Positions 8,606 to 17,310 of a stretch of DNA of 32,000 nt are shown in pieces. The first letter of the stretch is position 1; the number at the start of each line of letters is the position of its first letter. Both the position numbers and the translations under genes were made by a program. Source of the DNA: Chthonomonas sp. (GTDB taxonomy: Bacteria > Armatimonadota > Fimbriimonadia > Fimbriimonadales > Fimbriimonadaceae); assembly GCA_031425375.1 (NCBI GenBank), contig JANPJF010000006.1, positions 224,123-256,122 on the forward strand. Reading direction: 5' to 3'. Below the pieces are notes generated by a model, which was given only the letters and a program-made list of their open reading frames with translations, searched no databases and was not told the DNA's origin.

Positions 8606-11600
8606 TCATCTCCGAGATATCAAAATCGCTGGTCGCGGCTGGCTTGCGGTCGCTTGATCCATCCGGGCGTCGCCCCCGCCGCCGACGGCCCCGATGCCTC
8701 TCGCGGCGCTCGTCTGCGCTCGCATCCGTGGACTCCTCGGCCTCAGTGGCCTGCTCTTCCATCACCGAGGGTCGGAAGACAAGGTCAGTGGCCATCTCTT
8801 CGGTCCAGCCCTCTTCCACCCAATCGTCCACCTTCATGATCGCCACGTCAAAGTGGATGTCGTCTGGGTGGACCGTGTTCTCGGGCCGTTCTGGGAGCTC
8901 GTCGACCTTCAACAGGTCTTCGGACGGGACCTTCAGAATGGCCTCAATCTCGCTCTTCAAACCAATCAAGAACGATTGGGTCTGACCGTCAATTGCGGCA
9001 AACCTAAACTGAGCGCCCTCAATCGTGGCCCACTCTTCGCGCTGCAGATTGTAAGCCGCCGCCTTATCTGGAAGGGCCAAAGTACGAGATCCGCTTCCGT
9101 TGCAATGCAACGTGACGAACGGCGCCCTAGCATGGACCAAGTCTTCGTGGTAATTCCAGACGTGGGCTCCTGCCATTTGGCCGAGCGCACGGAAGAATCC
9201 TGGAGTCACCACCGGCTCACCCAGGAAGACACTCTTCCAAGACTGACCAGGGCTTTCGCCTTTAAACTCTCGCATAACGAAGCTCGGCAATCCGGTCGCG
9301 GAGTACTCGCCAAGCACAATGCCGTCTTCGGGAATCGCGAAGTAGCTGGGCTCGAGTTCGCCGCCGCTGCTGAGCATCTTCTCGGGAAGCGGCTCGCAAA
9401 GCGGATGCTTCTTGTGGACGATATGGGTTCCGCTTCGGCTCGCGAATGGCTGCCGCTTCAAGGCGATGCCGGTCACTTCGCGTACTCGCTCCAGAGCATC
9501 TCGACCTGCGTCAAAGAGACCCGCCGCGTACATCCAGAACAACACCTTGTTGTCGCGCTGGAGGCGCGTCTTAATCGCGCTTCGCACTTCGGGCCGAATG
9601 TCCCACGCATTCAAAAATACGTAAACTTTCGCCTCAGGGAACTGCTCCCGATGGGCTAGGTCGCTCAGAAGATAAAAGCCAGCACTCAGACCTGATCGGA
9701 GGATGGATTCGCGGACATTCTGCACCAACAACGCAAATGCCTTTTGATCCACCAAATACGCCAACGAACGCTCGTCAATGAACACCGCCACATCTGGATC
9801 GCCGAGAGGTACGGCCATGCGATTGACGAGAGCCTTGCGAATCTGAGCCGCACGATCCCAAATTCCGGTTGATTTAAGCCATCCATTGCCCCAGAGGTCC
9901 ATCCAGCAGATGCCTCCAGCGTGGGCCGCCGCCGCTCCGTAACCACGCCAGTGCACTGTTTCAAGAGACTGGGGCGTTTTCATCACCGGGTTGAAATCGT
10001 CCGGCTCGTGCTTCGCCGTGATCGGAGTCTTGAAGTCTTCTTCGCTGATGTACAATTTGCCATTCAGCGCAAAGCTGTCAATCGGCCCAGGGAACGGACA
10101 GGTCCCGCCCGGCTCGCGATTCTTGTAGCTCGGCGGCCCCGCGATGAAGTCCACCTCAGGATTGCGTAAGAGCTTGCCGAGAGAAAGGTGACCACTGGCT
10201 GGATGACTCCACTCGAAGGTGTAGCCATAGCTAACCCCCACGAGGAAATAACCATCACTTGCCTTCTTAGCGACATGGGCGAGCTTGCCGATGCGCTCCA
10301 CCGTGATGTCACTGAGGAACAGGTGGTAATCCACCCACCGGCGGGCTTTCCGTCCCGTCCGAACGAACTCTTCCCCGCTGCGGGTTTCTCCTCGGTATTC
10401 GGGCACGCTGAGCGTCTCGAACTGGGCTTGTCCGTCAAACCAACTGGCGCACAGGGCCACGTTGTCGTTGCGGTAGCGCATTCGAACCCACTCGCGAAAT
10501 TCCAATTGGGCCGCTGGCGACGTGTCGTAGCCCCATCCGGCAGCGAAGAACCACTCTCCGCGCTCTAAATGAACGCCCATCACGTGCTCGCGGTTCGGCA
10601 ACAGGCGCATCTTCGCGACGAAGTCCTCAAGGCAGTGCTCGGCATCGCCCCAGAAGATGTCATCGCAAACACTGGGGTCTCCAAGGCCGCCGCTCTCTGC
10701 GACGTACTTCGCCTTCGGATAGACAGTTTCCCATCCTTGCGCCGCCGTAAACACGACGCGGAATAAGACTTGAGCGTCGGGAGCGACTTCTAGGGACTTG
10801 TTCAACAAGTAGGCGGCGAACTGCACCGATGCGTCGGCGTCGCCATCTCGGTTGACCTCGAGGTCAACGTAGTGAACGATGACTCCAATGCCGGACTCAC
10901 TCGCGTACTTGATCTCCTCAAGCACCGTTTCCATGCGCTTTTCGTCGGAAGCGTTGCCAAAGAAGAAGATGGGCGGGAAGACCTTGCCGTCTCGAACTAG
11001 TGTAGGATTGCCGTCGCGCAGGAACACTTGCGGGGCATCAGAAGGAATCTTGACGTACTCCCTCGGAGCGACAACCGGGGGCTCTGGTTTGACCGGGGCC
11101 GGCTTGGCTCTGGGCTCGCGAACTTGAACCGCCGGGGCATCATTTTCGCTAGTCAGAAGGTCTTTTCGGCCTCGGTTTCGATTACGATCTCGATCTCGGC
11201 CGCGGGCCGGTCGATCCGTCACGACAGCAGACTCTTCGGAGTCTTGATCAACTTCCTCCTGGGCCGCAGGAACGACGCCGCGAGCGCGGAACATAGGGAC
11301 GGGCACAGATTCACCCGCTTCAAGTTCCATCGTCATGAGGTCGGGAACGGCTCGCTCGGTTCGATCAACGGCAGGCTGGGCCTCGTTGCGACGCGGACGC
11401 GCGGGCCTATATTCCGGTGTCGGAGTGGACTGCTGTTCAGATTCCTGTTTGCGCGGTCGGCCGCGACCACGCGTAGGCTGCGCTTCTACCGGCGCAGGCT
11501 CCTTTCGAGGTCGTCCTCGCCCACGCTTTGGCTCGTTTACGGCGGCCTCGTCCACGGGTTTCCGTGGTCGTCCTGGTCCACGCTTTGGAGCTTCCGGGTC

Positions 11601-11780
11601 TGCCGCCACGACCGGATGCTTGCGCGGACGCCCTGGTCCACGTCGAGCCGATTCTGCTGACTCCGTTCTGGCTTCTTGAGCCGGAGCAGGAGTTGGAGCA
11701 GGATTTGCGGGCGCCGTCTCAGCAGGCTTCTCTGCTTTCGGAGCTACGGGCTTGATACGTTTTGAATTGTCGAATAACAT
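8580..11780 (-). CDS. Large protein with N-terminal AT-hook motifs, beta-galactosidase/GH42-like TIM-barrel-type core and Arg-rich tail; function unknown
   Basis: 1066 aa. Four AT-hook-like motifs (RGPGRPRK x2, RGRGRPRK x2), then low-complexity linkers. Core has HVMGVHLERGEWFF, QLEFREWVRMRYRNDNVALCASWFDG, VGVSYGYTFEW, GHLSLGKLLRNPEVDFIAGPPSYKNREPGG, LNGKLYISEEDFKT. C-terminal RRERHRGRRRRGRR. No signal peptide. Confidence 0.85.
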   Translation of the reverse strand: MLFDNSKRIKPVAPKAEKPAETAPANPAPTPAPAQEARTESAESARRGPGRPRKHPVVAADPEAPKRGPGRPRKPVDEAAVNEPKRGRGRPRKEPAPVEAQPTRGRGRPRKQESEQQSTPTPEYRPARPRRNEAQPAVDRTERAVPDLMTMELEAGESVPVPMFRARGVVPAAQEEVDQDSEESAVVTDRPARGRDRDRNRNRGRKDLLTSENDAPAVQVREPRAKPAPVKPEPPVVAPREYVKIPSDAPQVFLRDGNPTLVRDGKVFPPIFFFGNASDEKRMETVLEEIKYASESGIGVIVHYVDLEVNRDGDADASVQFAAYLLNKSLEVAPDAQVLFRVVFTAAQGWETVYPKAKYVAESGGLGDPSVCDDIFWGDAEHCLEDFVAKMRLLPNREHVMGVHLERGEWFFAAGWGYDTSPAAQLEFREWVRMRYRNDNVALCASWFDGQAQFETLSVPEYRGETRSGEEFVRTGRKARRWVDYHLFLSDITVERIGKLAHVAKKASDGYFLVGVSYGYTFEWSHPASGHLSLGKLLRNPEVDFIAGPPSYKNREPGGTCPFPGPIDSFALNGKLYISEEDFKTPITAKHEPDDFNPVMKTPQSLETVHWRGYGAAAAHAGGICWMDLWGNGWLKSTGIWDRAAQIRKALVNRMAVPLGDPDVAVFIDERSLAYLVDQKAFALLVQNVRESILRSGLSAGFYLLSDLAHREQFPEAKVYVFLNAWDIRPEVRSAIKTRLQRDNKVLFWMYAAGLFDAGRDALERVREVTGIALKRQPFASRSGTHIVHKKHPLCEPLPEKMLSSGGELEPSYFAIPEDGIVLGEYSATGLPSFVMREFKGESPGQSWKSVFLGEPVVTPGFFRALGQMAGAHVWNYHEDLVHARAPFVTLHCNGSGSRTLALPDKAAAYNLQREEWATIEGAQFRFAAIDGQTQSFLIGLKSEIEAILKVPSEDLLKVDELPERPENTVHPDDIHFDVAIMKVDDWVEEGWTEEMATDLVFRPSVMEEQATEAEESTDASADERRERHRGRRRRGRRPDGSSDRKPAATSDFDISEMNVVFRKRD

Positions 11781-12472
11781 GGTTCTTTCTTTAAAATTGT
11801 CTGTTCGACCCAGGTTTCTAGGTCGGAGGGGGTGAGTACTAATTCGTTTGGTTTAGATTCGGCGAGAGCCGACTCGGACATCGCGCCATAGGCGACCGCC
11901 ACGGAGAAGGCTCCGGCAGCGTGCGCACTCTCAACATCGTGGATCGCGTCCCCGATGAAGCAAACTTCTGCGGCGTGAACACCGAGCAATTCGCAAGCGC
12001 GGAGAACTGGCTCTGCATGCGGCTTCGGGTGCGTGACATCCGATGCAGACACCGTAACCTGAGCACCTTGAAACTGAGGAAATTCACCTAAAATCCAGGT
12101 GAGTTCGTCTCGGTTTCGACTGGTAACCAGGCCACACGGAATCCCCGCATCAATTACCGCCCGAAATGCCCGCTCGGCAGGCTCCAAGGCGATAATTTTG
12201 TCGGAATGGGCAACGTAACGATCCATCGTGTACCGGACTCTTGACTGAAGGGTCGTCTCAGTGGAGCTGTCCATCCCAAACATCATCATCTGGGCGGAAA
12301 GGGGGGTGCCGATCAGAGACTTGATAAATACATCATCGGGACGGTTGCCGGTGAAGTGCTCGAAAGCATCTCCGAGTCCAGCAACGATCATTGGAATCGT
12401 GTTGACGAGCGTGCCATCTAAATCAAACAAAACGGCGCGAAACTCTCGCGTCTGTAACGTGCACTCCATCAA
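11744..12472 (-). CDS. HAD-superfamily hydrolase, phosphoglycolate-phosphatase-like
   Basis: DxDGTLVNT motif (LFDLDGTLVNT), GLVTSRNR, PKPHAEPVLRACELLGV, FIGDAIHDVESAHAAGA. First ATG at 12469. Confidence 0.9.
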   Translation of the reverse strand: MMECTLQTREFRAVLFDLDGTLVNTIPMIVAGLGDAFEHFTGNRPDDVFIKSLIGTPLSAQMMMFGMDSSTETTLQSRVRYTMDRYVAHSDKIIALEPAERAFRAVIDAGIPCGLVTSRNRDELTWILGEFPQFQGAQVTVSASDVTHPKPHAEPVLRACELLGVHAAEVCFIGDAIHDVESAHAAGAFSVAVAYGAMSESALAESKPNELVLTPSDLETWVEQTILKKEPCYSTIQNVSSP

Positions 12473-12570
12473 CCGCCAAATTATGACAGATGGAAGTCAG
12501 TTAATTCCGAAAAATCCTGCTAAATATTCCGGGGCCACCAACCGAACATCTGAAAGGTAGGTCTTACCGG

Positions 12571-14220
12571 ATGCAAATTGATCTTCAAAATTTATTGGGC
12601 GCGGGAGCCCAGATCAGTTCGACCGCCCCCACTCTTGGGATGGCGGGTGAGTTTGATCTGGTGCTTGCACAAACCCAATTTGAAGGTGCAAGCCCACCAG
12701 GGGTTGCCCCGCCGCCGTTCCTTCTTGGAATGGTGAGCGCAAATGGGACCGAAGAAGTGAGCCAAATTCAGCCGAATGCTGTGGCCTCAAAACTGGACTT
12801 CCTCCCAACCGACACCGAAGTCAAAATTTCAGAATCTGCCAACGCGCAGAATCCCTCGCTGGACTCCCTCCTCGCGGCGATGAATCTCTCATTCCGCTCC
12901 CTAGAGCCCATCGTGGTGAGCTCAGTCCCACCCGCTGCGGCGAGCATGGTGGTCAGCGCTTCCATCGTTTCTGCGCCCAACACTCAACTCTCGCCTATTT
13001 CATGGGCTCCGGCAGCCATGAAGGTTGCGGATTTATTGGGAGCCCGTGGGGTTCAACATTCTCAAGCCAATCCAACTTTTCACGAAGGAGATTTTGCTCC
13101 CTTAAGCCATCTCTTCCAAAGTGATCCTCTTGAATCGACACTCGTACCTGTTTCTCTTCCGTCGGTGTTGATCGAAGGACTCAGCCGCCAATTTGGCGCG
13201 AAGCAAGTGCTAGACCCTGAGATGGTCTCTCAACTCGGCCTGCAATCAATGAAGGCGGCGCCACTCGGCCCCGGGTTTAGCTCGGTTGATTCGACCACCC
13301 TCGACGAATTTCGAGCCACTCGCCCGGAACTGGCGGTGTCGACACCCGAACGTAAGGTTGCCGACTCTAAACTCCTCGGATCCGAAGTGGCAACAAAGTC
13401 GCCGACCTCAGCTCCGGTCGTTGCTGTTGCTTCGATGACGCAGGGCGAGACCCTTAAGCCAAATGGGGAACCTCAGGTTAAAGCTTTGGGTCTCGAAAAG
13501 AAGAACTCGACCAAGACAACCTCCGCAGCACTTCTACTGGGCGACCCGGAAATCCCGAGCGATGCTGCCGCTGAGAGCCGTATTGACGCCGGTCCAGACA
13601 AGCTTCTAGGCTCCGAAAAGAAAGCCGTTTCGGCAACGACCGTCACTTCAGGGCCATTCGAGAATTCCAACCCAGTTACCGAAGAATTGGAGCTCGTCCA
13701 ACCCATTTCGGAGTTAACCGCGGGTGCCCCAATCGCCACTCGAGAACCACTCGCAACCAGCCGCACTGACGAGGTCGCCAAACCGGCCCAACTCCCCGAG
13801 CGAACTCAGCGTGAAGTAGTTCAGCAGACCGTGGACCGCATCGAGGCCATGGCGATTCAACGCCCGATGAGCCAAGTCGTCATCCACTTGAATCCAGAGC
13901 ACCTGGGCGAGATCGCGATCAAGGTGCGGATGATGGGCAATCGCTCCGAGGCCGAAATCACGGCAACCGATGAGCGCGTCGTACAGGCTCTCGACGGCAA
14001 CCGCCCTCAACTCGTTCAAGCCATCGAGAGTAAGGGCTTTGCGCTCAGCTCGCTGACGATGCAATTCGGCGGCGAACGCGGCGACCAAAACCCCGCCCAG
14101 CGCGAAGATTTCGCCCGAGCCATGAACAGTTTCCAAAACGCGTCAACTGACGGAGGCGAAACCGCCGCCGTCCCGACCTACGGATCATCGCAAAACGGCG
14201 GTCTGAACTTAGTGATCTAA
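12571..14220 (+). CDS. fliK: Flagellar hook-length control protein FliK
   Basis: Long low-complexity N terminus, then Flg_hook-type C terminus: SQVVIHLNPEHLGEIAIKVRMMGNRSEAEITATDERVVQALDGNRPQLVQAIESKGFALSSLTMQ. Upstream of flgD. Confidence 0.85.
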   Translation: MQIDLQNLLGAGAQISSTAPTLGMAGEFDLVLAQTQFEGASPPGVAPPPFLLGMVSANGTEEVSQIQPNAVASKLDFLPTDTEVKISESANAQNPSLDSLLAAMNLSFRSLEPIVVSSVPPAAASMVVSASIVSAPNTQLSPISWAPAAMKVADLLGARGVQHSQANPTFHEGDFAPLSHLFQSDPLESTLVPVSLPSVLIEGLSRQFGAKQVLDPEMVSQLGLQSMKAAPLGPGFSSVDSTTLDEFRATRPELAVSTPERKVADSKLLGSEVATKSPTSAPVVAVASMTQGETLKPNGEPQVKALGLEKKNSTKTTSAALLLGDPEIPSDAAAESRIDAGPDKLLGSEKKAVSATTVTSGPFENSNPVTEELELVQPISELTAGAPIATREPLATSRTDEVAKPAQLPERTQREVVQQTVDRIEAMAIQRPMSQVVIHLNPEHLGEIAIKVRMMGNRSEAEITATDERVVQALDGNRPQLVQAIESKGFALSSLTMQFGGERGDQNPAQREDFARAMNSFQNASTDGGETAAVPTYGSSQNGGLNLVI

Positions 14221-14223
14221 CCC

Positions 14224-14856
14224 ATGTCTGTCAATTCTATCGATCCAATGGCCTCCCAATTTTTTGGAGCGACCCCCGTCAAGCAGAAATCTGCGCTGGA
14301 CATGACTACCTTCATTCGCCTGCTGACGGTTCAGCTCGCGAACCAAAATCCGCTGGAGCCCATGTCAGACCGTGACTTCTTCGCGCAAATGGCGCAGCTC
14401 GGTCAAGTTCAAGGTACCGATAAGATGACCAAGCAGTTGCAAACTCTTCAGGCCAGCACGCTTATCGGCAAGACCGTCCGGGCAACGATCACCCGCGCTG
14501 AAGGCGCCCCGGCCGAGGAAATCATCGGACGCGTCATCGGCATGGACGTTAAGAACGGCGAGCAAATTTTGAAGGTGCAGGAAGCCGACGGCGGGCTGGT
14601 GGACGTCAAGTTCGATAACATTACCAGTTTCACCGACATCCAAGTTCAACAAATTCCCACGCCGACGCTCTCGGATGCCAGCCAACTTATTGGCCGCAAC
14701 ATCAAGTTCTGGGAAAACCAGGAATCAGATGGCACTCTGGTGGAGGGACAAGTGGTTCGCGCCTCGATGGTCAACGGCGTTGCCATGCTGACGGTTCGCA
14801 CTCCGGCGGGCGAAGTGCAGGTTCGATACGACTCGGTTCGAGAAGTCCTCTCCTAG
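14224..14856 (+). CDS. flgD: Flagellar hook assembly scaffold FlgD
   Basis: MTTFIRLLTVQLANQNPLEPMSDRDFFAQMAQLGQVQGTDKM is the FlgD N-terminal signature. Confidence 0.95.
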   Translation: MSVNSIDPMASQFFGATPVKQKSALDMTTFIRLLTVQLANQNPLEPMSDRDFFAQMAQLGQVQGTDKMTKQLQTLQASTLIGKTVRATITRAEGAPAEEIIGRVIGMDVKNGEQILKVQEADGGLVDVKFDNITSFTDIQVQQIPTPTLSDASQLIGRNIKFWENQESDGTLVEGQVVRASMVNGVAMLTVRTPAGEVQVRYDSVREVLS

Positions 14857-14901
14857 AATCGTTGAACTCAACTCCAACGTCATCAACACGGAACACGACC
14901 C

Positions 14902-15276
14902 ATGAGTAGCCCAATTCAAAATAATCGAATCGCGGATCTGCTGCAACAGCAGCAGATCCAGCCGGGCACGTCCAAACCGGTCGCTCCTGCCGATCAGAAT
15001 GCGTTCAGCGAGATTCTAGAAAATCGGCTTAAGGTGAGCGGCCATGCTGAAACTCGGCTCAATAGTCGAGAGATCCAACTCGATCGCGCCGCATGGGAGC
15101 GCGTGATTGAAGGGGTGGAGAAGGCAGCTCTCAAGGGCGCGAAGGAATCTCTCGTCTTGGTGGACGACATTGCGCTTGTGGTCTCGGTGAAAAACAAGAC
15201 GGTAATCACGGCGGTGGACCAGGCGAAACTGAAAGACAATGTGTTCACCAACATTGACAGCGCCATCGTGGTCTAA
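14902..15276 (+). CDS. Flagellar operon protein, TIGR02530-like
   Basis: FSEILENRLKVSGHAETRLNSREIQLDRAAWERVIEGVEKAALKGAKESLVLVDDIALVVSVKNKTVITAVDQAKLKDNVFTNIDSAIVV matches what I recall of this family, and it sits between flgD and flgE. Confidence 0.85.
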   Translation: MSSPIQNNRIADLLQQQQIQPGTSKPVAPADQNAFSEILENRLKVSGHAETRLNSREIQLDRAAWERVIEGVEKAALKGAKESLVLVDDIALVVSVKNKTVITAVDQAKLKDNVFTNIDSAIVV

Positions 15277-15287
15277 ACCCTCGGATC

Positions 15288-15313
15288 GGTTTGTTTTTGA
15301 ACTCAAACAAACC
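15288..15313. promoter_or_regulatory. Hairpin-forming inverted repeat in the flgD-module/flgE gap
   Basis: GGTTTGTTT-TTGAACTC-AAACAAACC, perfect 9-bp arms, just after the TIGR02530-like gene. Confidence 0.5.
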
Positions 15314-15533
15314 TAAAGTAGATTGCCAACGTTAAGGCCTAACGATCCCCTGAGTTCCCCCGATATTAATACTGGAATCATCCAAAGGCTCCGAACAAGA
15401 AGAAGAAGCTAGTGACCGGAACGGTGGTCTCGACCCCCGTAAGTCCTGCGCAATAAGGCCGAATGCCTGCGCACGAAAAGCAAGCTCCCTCCTCTTCGAA
15501 GAGTCTCGAAAATCGAAACGAGAAACGAAGACT

Positions 15534-16811
15534 ATGCTACAGGCAATGCTTGCTGGCGTCGCGAGTATCAAAGCTCAGCAGACGCGAATGAATATCATCG
15601 GAAACAACCTCGCCAACGTGAACACCACAGCGTTCAAAGGCGGCAGGGTTACTTTCCAAGACATGATCGCCCAAACGATCAAAGGCGCCAGTCGCCCGAA
15701 CGGAAGTAGCGGCGGTACCAACCCTATCCAATACGGACTCGGCGTACTGGTAGCCGGAACTGACGTCAACAACGAACAAGGCTCGCTGAGTGCGACAAAT
15801 CGACCCAGCGACTTGGCAATCCAAGGCAACGGGTTTTTCCTCGTCTCTAACAGCAGCCGGATCGCTTACACACGAGACGGTGCGTTCGACCTTGACGCCA
15901 ACGGCGTCTTAGTTCAACGATCTACCGGCGAACGGATGGTCGGCTGGCAGGCCGACGCCAATGGCAACATTGACACCTCTGGCCCCGTGAACAACAACAG
16001 CTACATCAGCATCCCGCTCGGTTCGCTAGACGCGGTTCAAGCCACTACCCGGGCTAGCCTGAAAGGCAACTTGAATGCTGATGCACTCGCCACTGACACT
16101 TGGGATGTCATCACCACTGTGTACGACTCGCTCGGCGGCGCCCACGACATTCGCGTTCAGTTCAAGAATCGAGCCACGCCACCGGGCGGTACCCCTCCAA
16201 CTGGAGCAACCACAAGTTGGGAGTGGGAAGCCTTTGAGGGGACAACATCAATCGGTGGTTCTGCGACCACCGGAAACGCGATGTTGTACTTTGACGGGGC
16301 TGGGAAGTTGATGAATCCCACCGCTGTGGCAGCGATCACCCTTCCGACGAGTGGCGGCGCTACTCCAACTTCGATCGCCTTAGACTTTAGTAAAATCAGC
16401 CAGCTCAAGGCCGACAGCAACGTGACGCCCTACGACCAAAACGGCTATCCGCCAGGATCGTTGCAGGGTTACTCGATCGGCGGGGACGGCATCGTCACCG
16501 GACTCTTCACCAACGGTCTTACTCGAGATCTCGGTCAGGTCGCCATGGCGGTCTTTTCGAACCCAGGCGGTTTGGAGCGAATGGGAAACAACCTGTGGCG
16601 ACAAACCGACAACTCCGGCATCCCGGTGAATGGTGCGCCCAAATCCGGCGGCCGAGGCAGCATCAATGCTGGCTTCCTTGAGCAGTCCAACGTGGACATC
16701 TCCAATGAATTTACCGACCTAATCATCACTCAGCGTGGCTTCCAAGCCAACACGAAGGTGGTCTCGACGGTAGACGAGATGCTTCAAGACCTCATCAACA
16801 TGAAGCGATAA
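15534..16811 (+). CDS. flgE: Flagellar hook protein FlgE
   Basis: MNIIGNNLANVNTTAFKGGRVTFQDM; GNGFFLV; C-terminal LEQSNVDISNEFTDLIITQRGFQANTKVVSTVDEMLQDLINMKR. Confidence 0.96.
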   Translation: MLQAMLAGVASIKAQQTRMNIIGNNLANVNTTAFKGGRVTFQDMIAQTIKGASRPNGSSGGTNPIQYGLGVLVAGTDVNNEQGSLSATNRPSDLAIQGNGFFLVSNSSRIAYTRDGAFDLDANGVLVQRSTGERMVGWQADANGNIDTSGPVNNNSYISIPLGSLDAVQATTRASLKGNLNADALATDTWDVITTVYDSLGGAHDIRVQFKNRATPPGGTPPTGATTSWEWEAFEGTTSIGGSATTGNAMLYFDGAGKLMNPTAVAAITLPTSGGATPTSIALDFSKISQLKADSNVTPYDQNGYPPGSLQGYSIGGDGIVTGLFTNGLTRDLGQVAMAVFSNPGGLERMGNNLWRQTDNSGIPVNGAPKSGGRGSINAGFLEQSNVDISNEFTDLIITQRGFQANTKVVSTVDEMLQDLINMKR

Positions 16812-16835
16812 CCCGCTAAGTGAACTTCATCGAAT

Positions 16836-16860
16836 GGCCCACGCTCCACGAGCGTGGGCC
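16836..16860. terminator. Putative hairpin terminator between convergent flgE and doxX-like gene
   Basis: Perfect 11-bp inverted repeat GGCCCACGCTC-CAC-GAGCGTGGGCC. T-tract is weak on both strands. Confidence 0.6.
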
Positions 16861-16866
16861 GGTCTC

Positions 16867-17277
16867 TTATGATTTTCGGCGAGCCCACAATGCGTCGAGG
16901 CTCCATGGTCCGGCACCGTAGGCGGCAAAGAACAAGTAGATGAAGCACATTAGCACGGCGGGCGCGCCACCATTTTGGGCTGGCCAGGTCCCACCGGGCT
17001 GATGAAACTGGAAATAGGCCACCGCCATCATGCCCGAGAGGAGGAAGGCCGTCGGACGAGTTAATAGACCGACCATAAGCAAGGGGCCGCCAATGACTTC
17101 CAGCAACGCCCCAATTCCTATCTGAGAAGTTAAACCAGGAGCAGGTGCACCACCCGGCATACCGCCGAGCCATCCGAAAAGTTTCATACCACCGGCTTGC
17201 ATAAGCAAGAGCCCCGATACCACCCTGAGGGCCGTCAAGGTTATAGTGGTGAGTTTTGCTTGCGTAGCCTCATTCAT
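16867..17277 (-). CDS. DoxX family membrane protein
   Basis: RVVSGLLLMQAGGMKLFGWLGG...IGIGALLEVIGGPLLMVGLLTRPTAFLLSGMMAVAYFQFH, four hydrophobic segments. Confidence 0.88.
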   Translation of the reverse strand: MNEATQAKLTTITLTALRVVSGLLLMQAGGMKLFGWLGGMPGGAPAPGLTSQIGIGALLEVIGGPLLMVGLLTRPTAFLLSGMMAVAYFQFHQPGGTWPAQNGGAPAVLMCFIYLFFAAYGAGPWSLDALWARRKS

Positions 17278-17310
17278 GTAGCTACGGACGTGAAATGAGA
17301 TGCAAGTGGC

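Noticed and set aside
8694-9659. 321-aa + strand ORF
   Set aside because: Antisense to the 1066-aa gene. Its translation lacks domain signatures, whereas the minus frame shows a coherent glycosidase-like pattern.
11028-11660. 210-aa Arg/Ser-rich + strand ORF opposite the AT-hook region
   Set aside because: Low-complexity shadow of the repetitive minus-strand coding sequence (RGRPRK codons).
11440-11660. Possible CRISPR-like or intergenic repeat array
   Set aside because: The repeats are imperfect, in frame and encode AT-hook motifs with short linkers; there are no spacer-like unique units and no cas genes.
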